From an uncultured Gemmatimonadales bacterium (lineage in GTDB: Bacteria; Gemmatimonadota; Gemmatimonadetes; Gemmatimonadales; Gemmatimonadaceae): a stretch of DNA of 64,000 bases. The DNA lies in the NCBI GenBank assembly GCA_963701965.1, contig OY969695.1:4800001-4864000 (forward strand), written 5' to 3'. Under the pieces are notes generated by a model. That model had not been told where the DNA came from and searched no databases. It worked only from the letters and a program-made list of their open reading frames with translations. The translations under genes were made by a program, and so were the position numbers. Shown piece by piece: positions 40,446 to 53,252 of the stretch. Positions within the stretch are counted from its first letter, which is position 1. Each line of letters starts with the position of its first letter.

Positions 40446-42218
40446 ATGAGCTTTCATCCGAACGACGTCGCTCGCCGCGCGCGTCTCTCGTCGATCGGAC
40501 TCCTGATCGCGTTCACCATCTTGCTCGGGGCGTTCTTCCGCACGCAGGTGCTGCAAAACGCCCAGTATGTCTTGCAGAGCGAGACGAACCGGCTGCGCGA
40601 GGTGCCGCTTCCGGCGCCGCGCGGGATCATCTACGACCGGGCAGGGCGCGTCATCGCCGAGAACGTGCCGGGCTACTCGGTCTCGATGTTGAGCCCGACC
40701 GCGGATTCGCTGCGCGCCGTGCTGCGCCGCCTGGGGGAGACTATCCCCCTGACCCCGGACCAAATCGATCTGGCGGTCCGCCGCTATCGCCGCGCGCCCA
40801 ACCGCCCCACGGTCATTCTCCCCGACGCCTCGTTCGATGTGGTCTCGGTGCTGGAAGAGCACCGGGTGCAGTTTCCAGGACTGATCATTCAGTCCGCGCC
40901 CAAGCGCCACTACCCGGATGGCGCGGCCGTGGCGTCGTTCGTGGGATACACCGGCGAGATCACCGAGGCCGAGCTCAGCTCACGCGCCTACCGCGGATAC
41001 AAAGCCGGTCAGCAGGTGGGCAAGGGCGGGCTGGAAAAGGAATACGAAGACAAGTTGCGGGGACGCGAGGGGACGCGTTTCGTCGAAGTCGACGCGCGCG
41101 GCCGCGTGGTCCGCGAGGCCGGCGCCCGTCAGGATCTCGTGCCCGAAGGCGCCGCACCGCTGTACACGAACATCGACCTCGATCTGCAGCGGTTCGTGGC
41201 CGCGCAGTTCGGGGACTCGCTGCAGGGTGGCGCGATCGCCATCGAGCCCAACACCGGCGCCGTGCTCGCCTTGCACTCGGCGCCCACGTTCAATCCCAAC
41301 CGATTCATCGGCGGGATTCCACCCGAGTACTGGCACGACCTGACCACGGACCCGCGGCGGCCGCTCTACAACAAGGTCATTCAGGGGCGCTATCCGCCGG
41401 GCTCCACGTGGAAGCTGGCCACCGCGACATGGGCGCTGGAAAATCACATTGCCACGCTCGACGAGGTGATGCCCACGCCGTGCACGGGCGGGTTCCAGTT
41501 CGGCAACCGCTACTTTCACTGCTGGGAAAAGCGCGGCCACGGCTCGATCACGCTGGCCGAGGCGATCGTCAAGTCGTGCGACGTGTATTTCTACCAGCTC
41601 GGTCTCAAGATCGGGCTCTCGCGGCTGATCGCGGGCGGTGTCGCCCTCGCGTTCCGCGAGCGCACCGGCATCGACTTGCCCAACGAGTCGCCGGGGTACT
41701 TCCCGTACGCTATCGACTACTACAACCATCTCTTCGGACCGCGCGGCTGGAATAGCTCGGTGGCGCTCAACCTGGCCATTGGGCAAGGCGAGAACTCGCA
41801 GACGGTCGCTGGAATGGCCAAGTTCTACACCGCGCTGGCCACCGATGGCCAGGAGGCGCGGCCGGAGATCGTCCGGCAAGCGCAACCCTCGCGGACGCGG
41901 ATCTTCACGCTCGACTCCGCGCAATTCGCCGGGCTGCGCCGGGCCATGATGGGCGTCGTCTCGCGCGGAACGGCGGCGGGCGAGCAGATCCAGGGGATGG
42001 TGATGGCCGGCAAGACGGGGAGCGCGCAGAATCCGGAGGACCCGCTCCATACGCATTCCTGGTTCGTCGGGTTCGCGCCCGCCGATCATCCCAAAATCGT
42101 CGTCGCCGTGTTGATCGAATTCGGCGGACATGGTGGACATGCCGCGCGCCTGGCGTCGAAGATCATCGAGCACTATCTGCAAGCCGCGACCGCGTCGCAG
42201 ATCCAGACCGAAGGATGA
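40446..42218 (+). CDS. mrdA: Penicillin-binding protein 2
   Basis: PAPRGIIYDR, YPPGSTWK, SCDVYFY, IGQG, AGKTGSAQ. Confidence 0.95.
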   Translation: MSFHPNDVARRARLSSIGLLIAFTILLGAFFRTQVLQNAQYVLQSETNRLREVPLPAPRGIIYDRAGRVIAENVPGYSVSMLSPTADSLRAVLRRLGETIPLTPDQIDLAVRRYRRAPNRPTVILPDASFDVVSVLEEHRVQFPGLIIQSAPKRHYPDGAAVASFVGYTGEITEAELSSRAYRGYKAGQQVGKGGLEKEYEDKLRGREGTRFVEVDARGRVVREAGARQDLVPEGAAPLYTNIDLDLQRFVAAQFGDSLQGGAIAIEPNTGAVLALHSAPTFNPNRFIGGIPPEYWHDLTTDPRRPLYNKVIQGRYPPGSTWKLATATWALENHIATLDEVMPTPCTGGFQFGNRYFHCWEKRGHGSITLAEAIVKSCDVYFYQLGLKIGLSRLIAGGVALAFRERTGIDLPNESPGYFPYAIDYYNHLFGPRGWNSSVALNLAIGQGENSQTVAGMAKFYTALATDGQEARPEIVRQAQPSRTRIFTLDSAQFAGLRRAMMGVVSRGTAAGEQIQGMVMAGKTGSAQNPEDPLHTHSWFVGFAPADHPKIVVAVLIEFGGHGGHAARLASKIIEHYLQAATASQIQTEG

Positions 42219-43465
42219 TGGAGCGCAAGGCGATCGCCGACTGGCCGACGGTGCTGTTCGCGCTGCTCCTGTCGGTGTACGGGATCTTGATGGTGTACTC
42301 CGCCGGGCAGACCGATGCGCCGACGGCGGTCGCCCGCGTCTGGCGCTACCAGGCCATGTGGCTGTGCTTCGGCCTGGTCGGCGCGTTCATCGTGAGCCGC
42401 GCTTCGGTGCGTCTCCTCGAGTGGGTGGCCTGGCCGGCGTATCTGGGGACGCTCGGCATTCTGCTCCTGCTCCGGTTCTTCGGCACGGGTGCCGGCACGG
42501 CGGCCTCCAGCTCGGCGTGGCTCACGATCGCGGGCCATCGCATCGGGCAGCCGTCGGAGCTGGCGAAGATCACCGTCGTCCTCATGCTGGCCCGGACGCT
42601 GGCCCTCCGGCGCGAGGCGCCGAAGACCCTGATCGATCTGTGGGAGCCCGCGCTGGTGGTCGCCGTGCCGTGGGTCTTCGTGCTGCTGGAGCCGGACCTG
42701 GGCTCGAGCATCGTGTTCATCGGGATCTTCTTCGCGATGCTGTACTGGTTCGGGGTGCCCTGGCAGCTCCTGGTGCTGGTCGCGAGCCCGGGGATCAGCT
42801 TGATTCTGGCCTACAGCAAGGGCTTGTGGACGGCGTGGTTTCTCGTGCTCATCGTCCTCATCTGGTCCTACAAGCCGTACCTCTGGGAGGGCATCCTGGC
42901 GGTGTGCGCCAACGTGACCATGGGGATCCTGGCGCCGCTGGCGTGGGACAAGCTCAAACCCTACCAGCAGCTCCGACTGGTGACGTTCCTCGATCCGCTG
43001 CGCGACCCGCGCGCGTCGGGGTACCACGTCATCCAATCCCAGGTGGCAATTGGCTCCGGCGGGTGGCTCGGCAAGGGCTGGACGCACGGTACCCAGAAAC
43101 GATTGGCGTTTCTCCCCGAGCAGCACACGGACTTCATCTTCGCCGTGGTCGGGGAGGAGCTGGGTTTTCTGGGCGTGACCCTCGCGCTCACGCTGTTTCT
43201 CGTGTTGTTCCTGCGCTGCGTCCGCATCGCGTCGCGGGCCAACGACACATTCAGCAGTCTGGTCGCGTTCGGCCTCGCCGCGAGTTGGTTCGTCCACGTC
43301 GGCGAGAACGTGGGCATGACGCTCAATCTCATGCCGATCGCGGGCATCCCGCTGCCATTCTTCTCCTACGGCGGGTCATTCATGCTGGCCAGCTGGCTGG
43401 CCATCGGCATCCTCGTGCGGATCTCCGGCGAAGGCCGCGGAAGAGCTGACGGTCTGGCGATATAG
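42215..43465 (+). CDS. rodA: Rod shape-determining protein RodA (SEDS family)
   Basis: QPSELAK, EPDLG, AIGSGG, LPEQHTDFIF, GIPLPFFSYGGS. Confidence 0.95.
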   Translation: MMERKAIADWPTVLFALLLSVYGILMVYSAGQTDAPTAVARVWRYQAMWLCFGLVGAFIVSRASVRLLEWVAWPAYLGTLGILLLLRFFGTGAGTAASSSAWLTIAGHRIGQPSELAKITVVLMLARTLALRREAPKTLIDLWEPALVVAVPWVFVLLEPDLGSSIVFIGIFFAMLYWFGVPWQLLVLVASPGISLILAYSKGLWTAWFLVLIVLIWSYKPYLWEGILAVCANVTMGILAPLAWDKLKPYQQLRLVTFLDPLRDPRASGYHVIQSQVAIGSGGWLGKGWTHGTQKRLAFLPEQHTDFIFAVVGEELGFLGVTLALTLFLVLFLRCVRIASRANDTFSSLVAFGLAASWFVHVGENVGMTLNLMPIAGIPLPFFSYGGSFMLASWLAIGILVRISGEGRGRADGLAI

Positions 43466-43488
43466 GCGGCCGGGCGTCAGATTGAACG

Positions 43489-44352
<864 letters not shown>

Positions 44353-44362
44353 GCGTGCTCGC

Positions 44363-45631
44363 GTGAGCGCGTATCGCGACGCGCTCGACTTCCTGTTCGC
44401 GCGGACGACCGGGAAATGGAAGCTGGGCCTGGAGCGCATGACGGCCCTGCTCGACGCCATCGGCCGCCCCCAGGAACGGCTGCGCGCCTTTCACATCGGC
44501 GGCACCAACGGGAAGGGGAGCGTCACGGCGACACTCGGCGCCCTGCTCCGCGCCCGCGGGCTGCGCGTCGGCGTGTACACGTCACCGCATCTCGTCGACT
44601 TCCGCGAGCGCTTCGTGATCGACGGACGGACGCTCACCGAGGGGGACATCATCGATTGGATCGAGCGGCGGACGGCCCTGGTGGAGCGGCTCGGCGCCAC
44701 GTTCTTCGAGGCGACGACGGCCATGGCCTTTGAGCGGTTCGCCGAGGCCGGCGTCGATGTGGCGGTCATCGAAGTCGGTCTTGGAGGGCGGCTCGATGCC
44801 ACCAACGTGCTGACGCCGTTGGCCGCCGGCGTGGCATCGATCGGCATCGATCACGTCGAGTACCTGGGGTCTACCCGCGAGCAGATTGCCTTTGAAAAGG
44901 CCGGGATCTTCAAAGCGGGACGGCCGGCGATCATCGGGGAGCCGGATGGCGCTATCCGGGAGCTGCTCGCGCGCTTCGCGGGCGCGGCCGGTGCGGCGCC
45001 TGTGCGTGTCGTTGCCGAGGATTCGCCCGTGAGCGAAGTGAGCGTGGAGGCGACGGGCGGGACGGCGTTCACGTTCCGTGGGGTGCGACTCCGCACGGGG
45101 CTCGCCGGCATTCATCAGGCGTCCAACGCCGCCGTGGCGCTCCTCATGGCGGAGGCGGCCGGACCCCCCTACGCGACGACGCCGGCGGAAGCCGCAACGA
45201 TCTTGCCCGGGGTGACGCTGCCGGGGCGATTCCACCGCGTGGGGCGCTTCATCTTCGACGTCGCGCATAATCCCGACGGCGCCGCGGTCTTGGCGCGCAC
45301 GCTCTCCGCGATCGCGCCGCCGCGACCCATCGTCGCGGTCGTCGCCGTGCTGAACGACAAGGATTGGCGGGGTTTCTTGACGGCGCTGGCGCCGGCGATC
45401 GACCGATTCATTCTGACGAGCGCGCCGACGGCGCCGGACGCACGGGCTTGGCGGTCCAGCGAGGCGTTGGCGTTTGCCACCGCGCAGGGATGGAACGCCG
45501 AGGTGCAAGACAATTTCGCGCGCGCGCTGGAGACGGGTGACGCGTCGGGCGGCACGGTGCTCGTCACCGGCTCGTTCCACACCGTGGGCGATGCCATGGC
45601 CAGCTTGCAGGTGTCTCCGCTCGCCGGGTAA
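44363..45631 (+). CDS. folC: Folylpolyglutamate/dihydrofolate synthase
   Basis: HIGGTNGKGS, YTSPHL, EVGLGGRLDATN, DVAHN. Confidence 0.96.
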   Translation: MSAYRDALDFLFARTTGKWKLGLERMTALLDAIGRPQERLRAFHIGGTNGKGSVTATLGALLRARGLRVGVYTSPHLVDFRERFVIDGRTLTEGDIIDWIERRTALVERLGATFFEATTAMAFERFAEAGVDVAVIEVGLGGRLDATNVLTPLAAGVASIGIDHVEYLGSTREQIAFEKAGIFKAGRPAIIGEPDGAIRELLARFAGAAGAAPVRVVAEDSPVSEVSVEATGGTAFTFRGVRLRTGLAGIHQASNAAVALLMAEAAGPPYATTPAEAATILPGVTLPGRFHRVGRFIFDVAHNPDGAAVLARTLSAIAPPRPIVAVVAVLNDKDWRGFLTALAPAIDRFILTSAPTAPDARAWRSSEALAFATAQGWNAEVQDNFARALETGDASGGTVLVTGSFHTVGDAMASLQVSPLAG

Positions 45632-45640
45632 GTTTGGCCG

Positions 45641-46924
45641 ATGTCGACCGGCCCACTCCCGGGATTTCGCGATTTCTACCCGCAGGAGTTCGCTGAACGG
45701 GCGTTCATCACTCGAGCGTGGCGCGATGTCGCGCGCCGCTACGCGTTCGTCGAAGTCGACGGACCACCGCTCGAACCGACCGAGTTGTATATGAAGAAGA
45801 GCGGGGACGAAATCGTCGGCCAGCTCTACAACTTCGAGGACAAAGGCGGGCGCCAGGTGGCGCTGCGCCCCGAGATGACACCCACCGTCGCCCGCATGGT
45901 CGCCGCCCGCGCCAACGCGCTCCGCAAACCCGTGCGGTGGTTCTCCGTGCCCCAGCTCTTTCGCTACGAACGGCAACAGCGCGGTCGTCTGCGCGAGCAC
46001 TTCCAGCTGAACGTCGACATCATCGGCGAGCCCGACGTGACGGCCGACGCCGAGCTGCTGGCGGTCGCCATCGACATCATGCGCGCGCTGGGGCTTACGT
46101 CCAACGACGTAAAGGCCCGGGTCTCGGACCGGCGTTTGCTGCGCGCGTACTTGGCGGCGCTCGGAGTGGCCGAGGATGCCATGGTGCCGGTGATGACGAC
46201 GGTCGTCGACAAGCTGGCGCGCACGCCGGCAGCGGTTTCGGCGGAGCGGCTCGGCACGCTGAGCGTGCCCACCGCCGCGATCGACGCCATCGTCGGGTTG
46301 CGGCAGGCCACCCTCGAGGACATCGAGAAGGCGGTGCGACACCATGGTGGCGACGTCGAGATCCTCGAGAGCTTCGAGCGATATTTGGGGTATCTCGACC
46401 GGCTCGTGCCGAACGCCACGGAGTGGGTGCGATTCGATCCGTCGATCGTGCGCGGCCTCGCGTATTACACCGGTATCGTGTTCGAGCTCTTCAATGCCAG
46501 AGGGGAGCTGCGCGCCATCTGCGGCGGTGGCCGCTACGACACGCTGCTGGCGACGCTCGGCGGCGTCGATCTCCCGGCGTTGGGGTTCGGGATGGGCGAT
46601 GTCGTGCTCACCGAGCTGCTGCACGACCGCAAACTGCTCGGCAATGCCACGCCCAGTATCGACTATTGGGTGGCCAGCGAGCGCGAGGACATCGGTGACG
46701 TCATGGAAGTCGCGCGTCGCCTGCGCGAACGTGGCCAGAGCGTCGAGTACGCCCTGCGCCAGCAGGCCCTCGGCCGGCAACTCAAGGCCGCGGACAACGC
46801 CGGCGCGCGCTATGTCGTGATCATTGGCGCCAATGGCACGATGGCCCGGAAGAGTCTCGCGACCGGCGACCAGGAACCCGGCATGTCGATTGATCAGCTC
46901 CTCGAATCGGTGGCTCCCGCTTAA
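45641..46924 (+). CDS. hisS: Histidine--tRNA ligase
   Basis: GFRDFYP, LRPEMT, FRYER, RGLAYYTG, GGGRYD. Confidence 0.97.
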   Translation: MSTGPLPGFRDFYPQEFAERAFITRAWRDVARRYAFVEVDGPPLEPTELYMKKSGDEIVGQLYNFEDKGGRQVALRPEMTPTVARMVAARANALRKPVRWFSVPQLFRYERQQRGRLREHFQLNVDIIGEPDVTADAELLAVAIDIMRALGLTSNDVKARVSDRRLLRAYLAALGVAEDAMVPVMTTVVDKLARTPAAVSAERLGTLSVPTAAIDAIVGLRQATLEDIEKAVRHHGGDVEILESFERYLGYLDRLVPNATEWVRFDPSIVRGLAYYTGIVFELFNARGELRAICGGGRYDTLLATLGGVDLPALGFGMGDVVLTELLHDRKLLGNATPSIDYWVASEREDIGDVMEVARRLRERGQSVEYALRQQALGRQLKAADNAGARYVVIIGANGTMARKSLATGDQEPGMSIDQLLESVAPA

Positions 46925-46927
46925 CAC

Positions 46928-48373
46928 ATGGCTGACGACAACAAGCTGACCCCACGCGCCACGGATTTCAGCGCGTGGTACAACGAGCTGGTGATCCGCG
47001 CCGAGTTGGCCGACTACAGCCCGGTGCGCGGTTGCATGATCATCCGGCCCGCCGGCTACGGGATCTGGGAGCTCATGCAGCGCGCCCTGGACGACATGTT
47101 CAAGGCCACGGGTCACCAGAATGCGTATTTTCCGCTGCTCATCCCCGAGAGCTTTCTCCACAAGGAAAGCCAACACGTCGAGGGGTTCGCGCCCGAGGTC
47201 GCGGTCGTCACGCACGGCGGTGGCAAGCTGCTCGAGGAGCCGTTGGTCATCCGCCCCACCTCCGAGACGATCATCTACGCGACGTTCGCGAAGTGGGTGC
47301 AGAGCTACCGCGACCTGCCGTTGTTGATCAACCAGTGGGCCAACGTCGTGCGGTGGGAGCTCCGGACGCGGCTCTTCCTGCGGACGTTGGAGTTCCTGTG
47401 GCAGGAAGGCCATACGGCGCACGCGACGCACGACGAGGCGGAGGCCGAAGCGCGGCAGATGCTCGGCATCTATCGCTCGTTCATGGAAGGCTGGATCGCG
47501 ATGCCGGTGGTCACGGGGCAAAAGACCGAGTCCGAGAAGTTCGCCGGCGCGCTCCGCACGTACGCGTGCGAGGCGATGATGCAGGACAACAAAGCGCTGC
47601 AGGCCGGGACGTCGCACAACCTCGGGCAGAACTTCGCCCGCGCGTTCGATCTCAAGTTCCAGACCGAGGCCGGCGGCATCGAGTTCGCGTGGAATACCAG
47701 TTGGGGTGTGACGACGCGCATGATCGGCGGGTTGATCATGACCCATGGCGACGATATCGGCTTGCGCGTCCCACCGCGCCTCGCCCCGAGGCAGGTGGTG
47801 ATCGTGCCCATCTACAAGGCGGACGCCGAACGGGCGCGCGTCCTCGAGGCGGCCGACGGGATCGCGGCGTCGTTGCGCGACGTCCGCGTGCACATCGACA
47901 AGCGCGACGGGATGACGCCGGGAGCCAAGTACTTCGACTGGGAGCTGCGCGGCATTCCCGTCCGCATCGAGGTGGGCCCGCGCGATCTGGATAAGCAGCA
48001 ATGCGTCGTGGTACGGCGCGACACGCGGGAGAAGCGGCCGGTGCCGCTGGCGACGTTGGGCGAGGCGGTGACCGCGATCCTGGCCACGATGCAGACCGAC
48101 ATGCTGCGGGCCGCGACCGGGCGGCGCGAGGCGAACAGCCGGCGCGGGCCTATCACCTATGATGAGTTTCGCCAGATCATGGACGGCGACGGCGCGTTCG
48201 TCTATGCCGGGTGCTGCGGCGATGCGACATGCGAGGCCCAGATCAAAGAGGACACCAAGGCCACGATCCGCGTGCTGCCCGATCCGGAGTTTCGGTCCGA
48301 GCAGGCGCCCACCACGTGTCTTCGGTGTGGACGGCCCGCGATCGCCGAGGCCCTGTGGGCGAAGGCGTACTGA
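46928..48373 (+). CDS. proS: Proline--tRNA ligase (archaeal/eukaryote-type)
   Basis: DFSAWY, RPTSET, EFLWQEGHT, QAGTSHNLGQNF, C-terminal Zn domain ending AKAY. Confidence 0.97.
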   Translation: MADDNKLTPRATDFSAWYNELVIRAELADYSPVRGCMIIRPAGYGIWELMQRALDDMFKATGHQNAYFPLLIPESFLHKESQHVEGFAPEVAVVTHGGGKLLEEPLVIRPTSETIIYATFAKWVQSYRDLPLLINQWANVVRWELRTRLFLRTLEFLWQEGHTAHATHDEAEAEARQMLGIYRSFMEGWIAMPVVTGQKTESEKFAGALRTYACEAMMQDNKALQAGTSHNLGQNFARAFDLKFQTEAGGIEFAWNTSWGVTTRMIGGLIMTHGDDIGLRVPPRLAPRQVVIVPIYKADAERARVLEAADGIAASLRDVRVHIDKRDGMTPGAKYFDWELRGIPVRIEVGPRDLDKQQCVVVRRDTREKRPVPLATLGEAVTAILATMQTDMLRAATGRREANSRRGPITYDEFRQIMDGDGAFVYAGCCGDATCEAQIKEDTKATIRVLPDPEFRSEQAPTTCLRCGRPAIAEALWAKAY

Positions 48374-49605
48374 CGCTCGACGGCGTCGATCTGGAGCGGA
48401 TCGCCGCCGACGTCGGTACGCCGGCGTACGTCTATAGCGCGGAAACCATTCGCGCGCAGTTGGCGCGGCTCGAATCGGCGCTGGCGCCGGTGCCGCATCG
48501 GGTGCATTACAGCATGAAAGCCAACGGAAACCTCGCGGTGCTCCGGCTGCTGCGGTCACTGGGCGCGGGGGTCGACATCGTGTCGGGCGGCGAGCTGCAC
48601 CGCGCCCTTCAGGCCGGGTTTGCCGGCGCCGATGTCGTGTTCAGTGGGGTCGGGAAGACGCGGTTCGAGCTGCGGTGGGCGGTCGCCCAGGGCGTGGGGC
48701 TCATCAACATCGAGTCGCCAACGGAGATCGAGATCCTGGATCAGATCGGCCAGGAGCGCGGGGAAGTGATTCCGATCGGCATCCGCGTCAATCCCCAAGT
48801 CGCGGTCGACACGCCGCATCCCTATACGCGGACAGGGGAGCAGGGGGCCCGGTTCGGGATTCCGTACGACCAGGTGCCGGCGCTGGTGGCCCGCATCCGC
48901 GCGGCGCGCGGCGTGCGGCTCGAGAGTCTCGGCATGCACATTGGGTCGCAGATCGCCGACGTCGCGCCGTACCGGCGTGGAGCGGAGCGCCTGACGGCGC
49001 TGACCAATGCGCTCCGGCAGAGCGGCGTGGACACCCTCCGATATCTCGATATGGGTGGTGGGCTGGCGGTGTCGTATGATCACGAGGCGCCGGGTGATCT
49101 CGCGGCGTTTGCCTGCGTTGCGTGCGGCGCAGCGGCCGCGCTTGGCCTTTCGCTGATCGTGGAGCCCGGCCGGTTTGTGGTAGCGGAGTCGGGCGTGCTG
49201 CTCACCCGGGTGATCGACCGCAAGCGCAGCGCCCACAAGACCTACGTGATCACGGACGCCGGGATGACCGAGTTGCTGCGGCCGTCGCATTATCACGCCT
49301 ATCATCGGATCGATGCGGTCCGTCCCCAGGCGGCGCGATCCACGGTCGATGTGTGTGGTCCGGTGTGCGAGGCCGGCGACTTTCTGGCGCTCGACCGGGA
49401 GATGGACGATGTTGGGCCGGGCGCGCTCCTGGTCGTCCGGTCCGTGGGGGCCTACGGGTTCGTGATGGCGTCGAACTACAATGCGCGCCCGCGGCCGCCG
49501 GAGGTGATGATCGATGGTGGTCGATACGCCATCGTGCGGGAGCGGGAAACGTACGAAGATCTGGTGCGGCTTGAGTTGGGTTCACCCCAGTGGAGGAGCG
49601 CCTGA
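48355..49605 (+). CDS. lysA: Diaminopimelate decarboxylase
   Basis: GTPAYVY, YSMKAN, HIGSQI, DMGGG, EPGR, GPVCE, GAYG. Confidence 0.96.
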   Translation: MGEGVLTLDGVDLERIAADVGTPAYVYSAETIRAQLARLESALAPVPHRVHYSMKANGNLAVLRLLRSLGAGVDIVSGGELHRALQAGFAGADVVFSGVGKTRFELRWAVAQGVGLINIESPTEIEILDQIGQERGEVIPIGIRVNPQVAVDTPHPYTRTGEQGARFGIPYDQVPALVARIRAARGVRLESLGMHIGSQIADVAPYRRGAERLTALTNALRQSGVDTLRYLDMGGGLAVSYDHEAPGDLAAFACVACGAAAALGLSLIVEPGRFVVAESGVLLTRVIDRKRSAHKTYVITDAGMTELLRPSHYHAYHRIDAVRPQAARSTVDVCGPVCEAGDFLALDREMDDVGPGALLVVRSVGAYGFVMASNYNARPRPPEVMIDGGRYAIVRERETYEDLVRLELGSPQWRSA

Positions 49606-50109
49606 ATGCGCGTCGGCATCATGGGGGACAGCCACGACCGGGTTCCGGCGATCGCCGAGTTGCTCAAGCGAATGGCCGCCGGGGGCGTGGGGCTCGTGCT
49701 GCACGCGGGCGACTATTGCTCGCCGTTCGCGCTGGCGCCGTTTCGTGATCTCAACATCGCCCTCGCCGGCGTCTTCGGGCGCAACGATGGCGACCGCGAG
49801 GGGCTCAAGGCCGCGGCCAGCAGCGGGGTCGGCGCCGAGTTGTACGAGTCCCCCCACTCGGTGGAGCTCGACGGCCAGCGCGTGCTCGTCGTGCACGATC
49901 TCGGCGACGTGGCGGAGCGTTCGATCGAATCGCATGCCGTGGTCGTGCATGGCTGGTCGCACCGCGGCGAGGTCTCGTCGCGCGGCGACACCGTCATGGT
50001 GAACCCGGGCGAGGCCTGTGGCTGGTTGTATGGCGTGCCGAGTGCCGCGATCATGGATCTCGACACGCGCCTGGTCGAGGTCATCCAACTCATCGACTGG
50101 AAGTGTTAG
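49606..50109 (+). CDS. YfcE/MJ0936-like metallophosphoesterase
   Basis: GDSHD, HAGD, GRND, HGWSH, NPGE. Confidence 0.88.
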   Translation: MRVGIMGDSHDRVPAIAELLKRMAAGGVGLVLHAGDYCSPFALAPFRDLNIALAGVFGRNDGDREGLKAAASSGVGAELYESPHSVELDGQRVLVVHDLGDVAERSIESHAVVVHGWSHRGEVSSRGDTVMVNPGEACGWLYGVPSAAIMDLDTRLVEVIQLIDWKC

Positions 50110-50111
50110 CG

Positions 50112-51665
<1,554 letters not shown>

Positions 51666-51687
51666 ATGGTATTACAGGCAGCACTAC

Positions 51688-51716
51688 TTGACTGTCGTCG
51701 TAGTTGCGTATATAAT
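51688..51716 (+). promoter_or_regulatory. Near-consensus sigma70 promoter of the TA operon
   Basis: TTGACT-17-TATAAT, 5 nt before the GTG start; overlapped by an ACTAC...GTAGT inverted repeat. Confidence 0.8.
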
Positions 51717-51721
51717 ACCGA

Positions 51722-52153
51722 GTGGCGCTTGCGCGGGTAGTCCTCGACACGAACGTACTAGTCGCCGGACTAAGATCCCGTCGTGGCGCGTCGGCTCTGT
51801 TGCTCGATGTCGTTGGGCAAGGATTAGTCGAGGTGGCCTTGTCGGTACCGGTCGTCTTGGAGTACGAGGACGTGCTCAAGAGGCCCGGCACCGTGCAGAC
51901 ATATTCGGCCGCTGAGATCGACGAGCTTCTGAACGGGCTGTGTGCCGTGGCCCACCGTCAGGAGATTCATTTTCTGTGGCGACCTCAGTTGCGCGATCCT
52001 GGTGACGAAGCATTCCTGGAACTCGCGGTCGCTGCGGGCGGGATACCAATTGTCACTTATAACGCTGCCCACTTCGCTGGAGCGGAGCGGTTTGGTGTTG
52101 CGATCCGCACCGCGCTCGATGTGCTGCGAGAGATTGGAGCGCTCAATGGGTGA
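51722..52153 (+). CDS. PIN-domain toxin
   Basis: VVLDTNVLVA, LEYEDVL, LRDPGDEAFLELA, IVTYN. Confidence 0.92.
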   Translation: MALARVVLDTNVLVAGLRSRRGASALLLDVVGQGLVEVALSVPVVLEYEDVLKRPGTVQTYSAAEIDELLNGLCAVAHRQEIHFLWRPQLRDPGDEAFLELAVAAGGIPIVTYNAAHFAGAERFGVAIRTALDVLREIGALNG

Positions 52154-52189
52154 GCGAATGAGTCAGAGAGTGTCACGAGGAGAGTGTGT

Positions 52190-52432
52190 ATGAGCACCGT
52201 GAGCTTGCGACTGCCGCGTTCGATCCACGAACGGATCAAGGAATTGGCCAAACGCGATGGGACGTCCATCAACCAGTTCTTGGCCACGGCAGCGGCGGAG
52301 AAGGTGGCCGCGTTGGATGCGGCCGACTATCTAGAGGCGCGGGCGCGGAAGGGAACGCGAGCGCGCTTCTTGGAACTGGTGCGCCGCGCTCCCGACGTGG
52401 AACCAGAGCCGCACGACAGATTGCCGGAGTAG
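52190..52432 (+). CDS. Ribbon-helix-helix (HicB-like) antitoxin
   Basis: MSTVSLRLPRSIHERIKELAKRDGTSINQF RHH pattern; GAGGAG SD; adjacent to the PIN gene. Confidence 0.88.
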   Translation: MSTVSLRLPRSIHERIKELAKRDGTSINQFLATAAAEKVAALDAADYLEARARKGTRARFLELVRRAPDVEPEPHDRLPE

Positions 52433-52504
52433 TGCATCGGAAGTCCGTTCGTGCGGGCGCCGTATTGCTCGGGACTGGATTCGTCAGGTCGGTTGATGCT
52501 CGAT

Positions 52505-52531
52505 CCGCCGGCGAGGGCCGAGTGGGAGTAA
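52505..52531 (+). repeat. Displaced copy of the guaA 3' end (attR-like)
   Basis: ccgccggcgagggccgagtgggagtaa (PPARAEWE*) vs guaA 51639-51665 ccgccggcaacgatcgagtgggaatga (PPATIEWE*). Confidence 0.8.
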
Positions 52532-52544
52532 TGGGGACGAAATC

Positions 52545-53252
52545 ATGAAGTCTTTGCTTGTCCCTCTCGGGCTTGTGGGATTGATGGCGGTTACACTGGC
52601 CGTGCCGGACGCGACGCGGCTACAAACGGGCACATTCGTCTACAGTGATCAGCAGAACGGCAAGGAGCTAGGCCGTAGCCGGATCACCATCACGAAGCAA
52701 GGCGATGGTACGTATCGCTTCGCCAATGAGGGGATCGGCCACGCCGCGCAGACGTGGACCGCGATCGCGAGCGCGCGGCGCGCGCCGGTGTCCGCCCAGC
52801 TGTCTTTCGGCAGCGGCGACCAGCAGCGACTGATCTTCGACATTCACTATCGCGATGGCCGCGTGCGCGGCTTTCGCGTCGAAAACGCGCAAAGGATTCC
52901 TGTCGATACGGCCGTGCCGTCAGGCATCATCGATCAGCGCATCGATTGGGCGACGGTGATGGCGAATACGCTCACCGTGGGCGAACAGTTCGCTTTCAAG
53001 GTGTTTGATCCCAAGATCGCGATCAGCGATGCCGTGGCGACGGTAGAGGACGCGGAGCGCATTCATGTCCCGGCCGGCGACTTCGACACGATCAAGATCG
53101 TGTATCAGATCTCCAAGAAGACCGGCACCGAGCAGTATACGGTATTCACCAATGCGCACGGCCCGCGCATGATGATCCGCGAGGATTTCCCGGACGGGAC
53201 GTCGTCGCAGCTGGTCAGGTCGGCGCCAGTGGCAGCGCGTGGTTGGGACTGA
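52545..53252 (+). CDS. Secreted protein, DUF3108-like
   Basis: Signal peptide; ERIHVPAGDFDTIKI motif. Confidence 0.7.
   Translation: MKSLLVPLGLVGLMAVTLAVPDATRLQTGTFVYSDQQNGKELGRSRITITKQGDGTYRFANEGIGHAAQTWTAIASARRAPVSAQLSFGSGDQQRLIFDIHYRDGRVRGFRVENAQRIPVDTAVPSGIIDQRIDWATVMANTLTVGEQFAFKVFDPKIAISDAVATVEDAERIHVPAGDFDTIKIVYQISKKTGTEQYTVFTNAHGPRMMIREDFPDGTSSQLVRSAPVAARGWD

Noticed and set aside
44582..48559. 1325-aa minus-strand ORF
   Set aside because: Antisense shadow of folC-hisS-proS caused by GC-rich codon bias; no recognisable motifs
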